Virus record (IMG/VR): IMGVR_UViG_3300037187_000003
Span: 7,418-71,417 of that record
DNA: 64,000 nucleotides
Source: a virus
Strand: one strand, 5' to 3'
The translations under genes were made by a program, and so were the position numbers. A model generated the notes under the pieces. The model was not told the DNA's origin, searched no databases, and worked only from the letters and a program-made list of their open reading frames with translations. This document shows, piece after piece, positions 63,053-64,000 of this stretch (position 1 is the first letter of the stretch; every line of letters begins with the position of its first letter).

Positions 63053-64000
63053 CTACCACTTAATCTTGACGTAGCCCGGCGCTCCGGCGCCACCAGCATT
63101 CGATCCGCCCGCACCGCCGCCGCCGCCGACCCCACCAAACAGCCCGGTGACACCAACTCCGGAACCGGCGGCGCCTGATCCTCCGACCCCGAAAACGGTG
63201 CTACCGCCCGCGCCGGCAAATGACACACCAGCCGCCGACACATCGCCGTTGACGCCAGAGGTCGCGCCACCCCCGCCGGCCGCCCCGCCTGATCCGCCGC
63301 CGGCCCCTGCTGTTCCTCCGGACCACGTGATCAACGCGCCGACGTTGGTGCTACTGCCATTGACGCCGTTCCGGCTGCCTGATGTGCCGCCAGCACCGCC
63401 CACACCGATTGTTATCGTATAGGCGGTCCCTGGCATAACGGTTGCGGAATAACCGCGGATGCTATCGCCACCACCACCACCGCCGCCGCCGTTGCTGCCA
63501 CTATTGCCGCAACCCCCACCCGCCCCACCGCCCGCACCGTCAATCAAGGCCGACGTTACGCCCTGGGGGCATGTCCACGAATAGGTTCCGGGTGTCGTCC
63601 AACTCGCTTCACCATGCGGAACCGCCGACAGATTCGCCCACCCCGCCCCACCCGTATCCGGGTCCGTCACATTCGCATCGACCAGCGACAGCCACCAATT
63701 CGTCTGCGACGCTGCGAGCAACAGCGCGCCCTTGGGATAGCCGGTGATATTGGTCGAAAGCGTCGCGTCATAGAAGATCGGACCCCCGACTTGCTGCCAC
63801 TGGTTCCAGAGCGAGAAATACTGAAACGCCGCGTTGAAATCCGCGATGTCGGGCGGAATGCCGCCCGCGCCTGGATTGTATGAGTTGATCGGATTGAAGC
63901 CGGTCGATTGTGAAGGCGCGGCGCCCGTCCCGGTCGCCTGTACCGGCGCGTTCACATAGCCGGATGTCGCGTTGATGCCCCAGGCATACGCGAACTTATA
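63053..64000 (-). CDS. Gly-rich tail fibre protein (5' end outside the window)
   Basis: Frame is open to 64000 (YKFAYAWG...); GGIPP..DFN, GYPKGA and TPGTYSWTCP motifs, then a Gly-rich domain. Confidence 0.8.
   Translation of the reverse strand, partial: YKFAYAWGINATSGYVNAPVQATGTGAAPSQSTGFNPINSYNPGAGGIPPDIADFNAAFQYFSLWNQWQQVGGPIFYDATLSTNITGYPKGALLLAASQTNWWLSLVDANVTDPDTGGAGWANLSAVPHGEASWTTPGTYSWTCPQGVTSALIDGAGGGAGGGCGNSGSNGGGGGGGGDSIRGYSATVMPGTAYTITIGVGGAGGTSGSRNGVNGSSTNVGALITWSGGTAGAGGGSGGAAGGGGATSGVNGDVSAAGVSFAGAGGSTVFGVGGSGAAGSGVGVTGLFGGVGGGGGAGGSNAGGAGAPGYVKIKW

Noticed and set aside
1-64000. Many long opposite-strand or alternate-frame ORFs (e.g. 2..784, 7919..9085, 9457..10899)
   Set aside because: They are shadow ORFs of GC-rich genes, without RBS or motifs, and overlap well-supported genes.
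54043-64000. Diversity-generating retroelement or invertible fibre locus
   Set aside because: No reverse transcriptase, invertase or TR/VR repeat pair was seen; the Gly-rich similarity is compositional.

Overview
The window is most of a circularly permuted, GC-rich myovirus-type phage genome; only the tape-measure and baseplate block falls outside it. GcrA, DUF3309-like and DUF6362-like genes suggest an alphaproteobacterial host, probably Acetobacteraceae/Rhodospirillales. Layout: tail, neck and head genes with portal and terminase (1-18 kb, minus strand, with a DNA topoisomerase IB inside the head operon); an iteron-like origin plus primase, helicases and nucleases (19-25 kb); early and accessory genes, GcrA and three DNA methyltransferase-like genes (25-37 kb); Gp157 and Bet (38-40 kb); endolysin, lipase and membrane genes (42-46 kb); tRNA-Arg(UCG), an atypical tRNA-Met(CAU) and two candidate structured ncRNAs (46-48.7 kb); tail-fibre-like genes, three with export signals (54-64 kb). 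No integrase or CI repressor was seen. The standout is a plus-strand cassette at 49.4-51.3 kb: an AlpA-like HTH gene, a solo RAMP/Cas7-like gene, a non-CRISPR array of five units (GGCA plus 8-12 phased SGY-NN pentamers), and a conserved partner gene. Read as codon positions 1-2, the variable NN dinucleotides of three units resemble conserved motifs of other phages' replication and packaging proteins (e.g. VFIGTTN). This suggests an RNA-guided, wobble-skipping phage-versus-phage interference system (VIPR-like). All family assignments were made by eye, without database searches.
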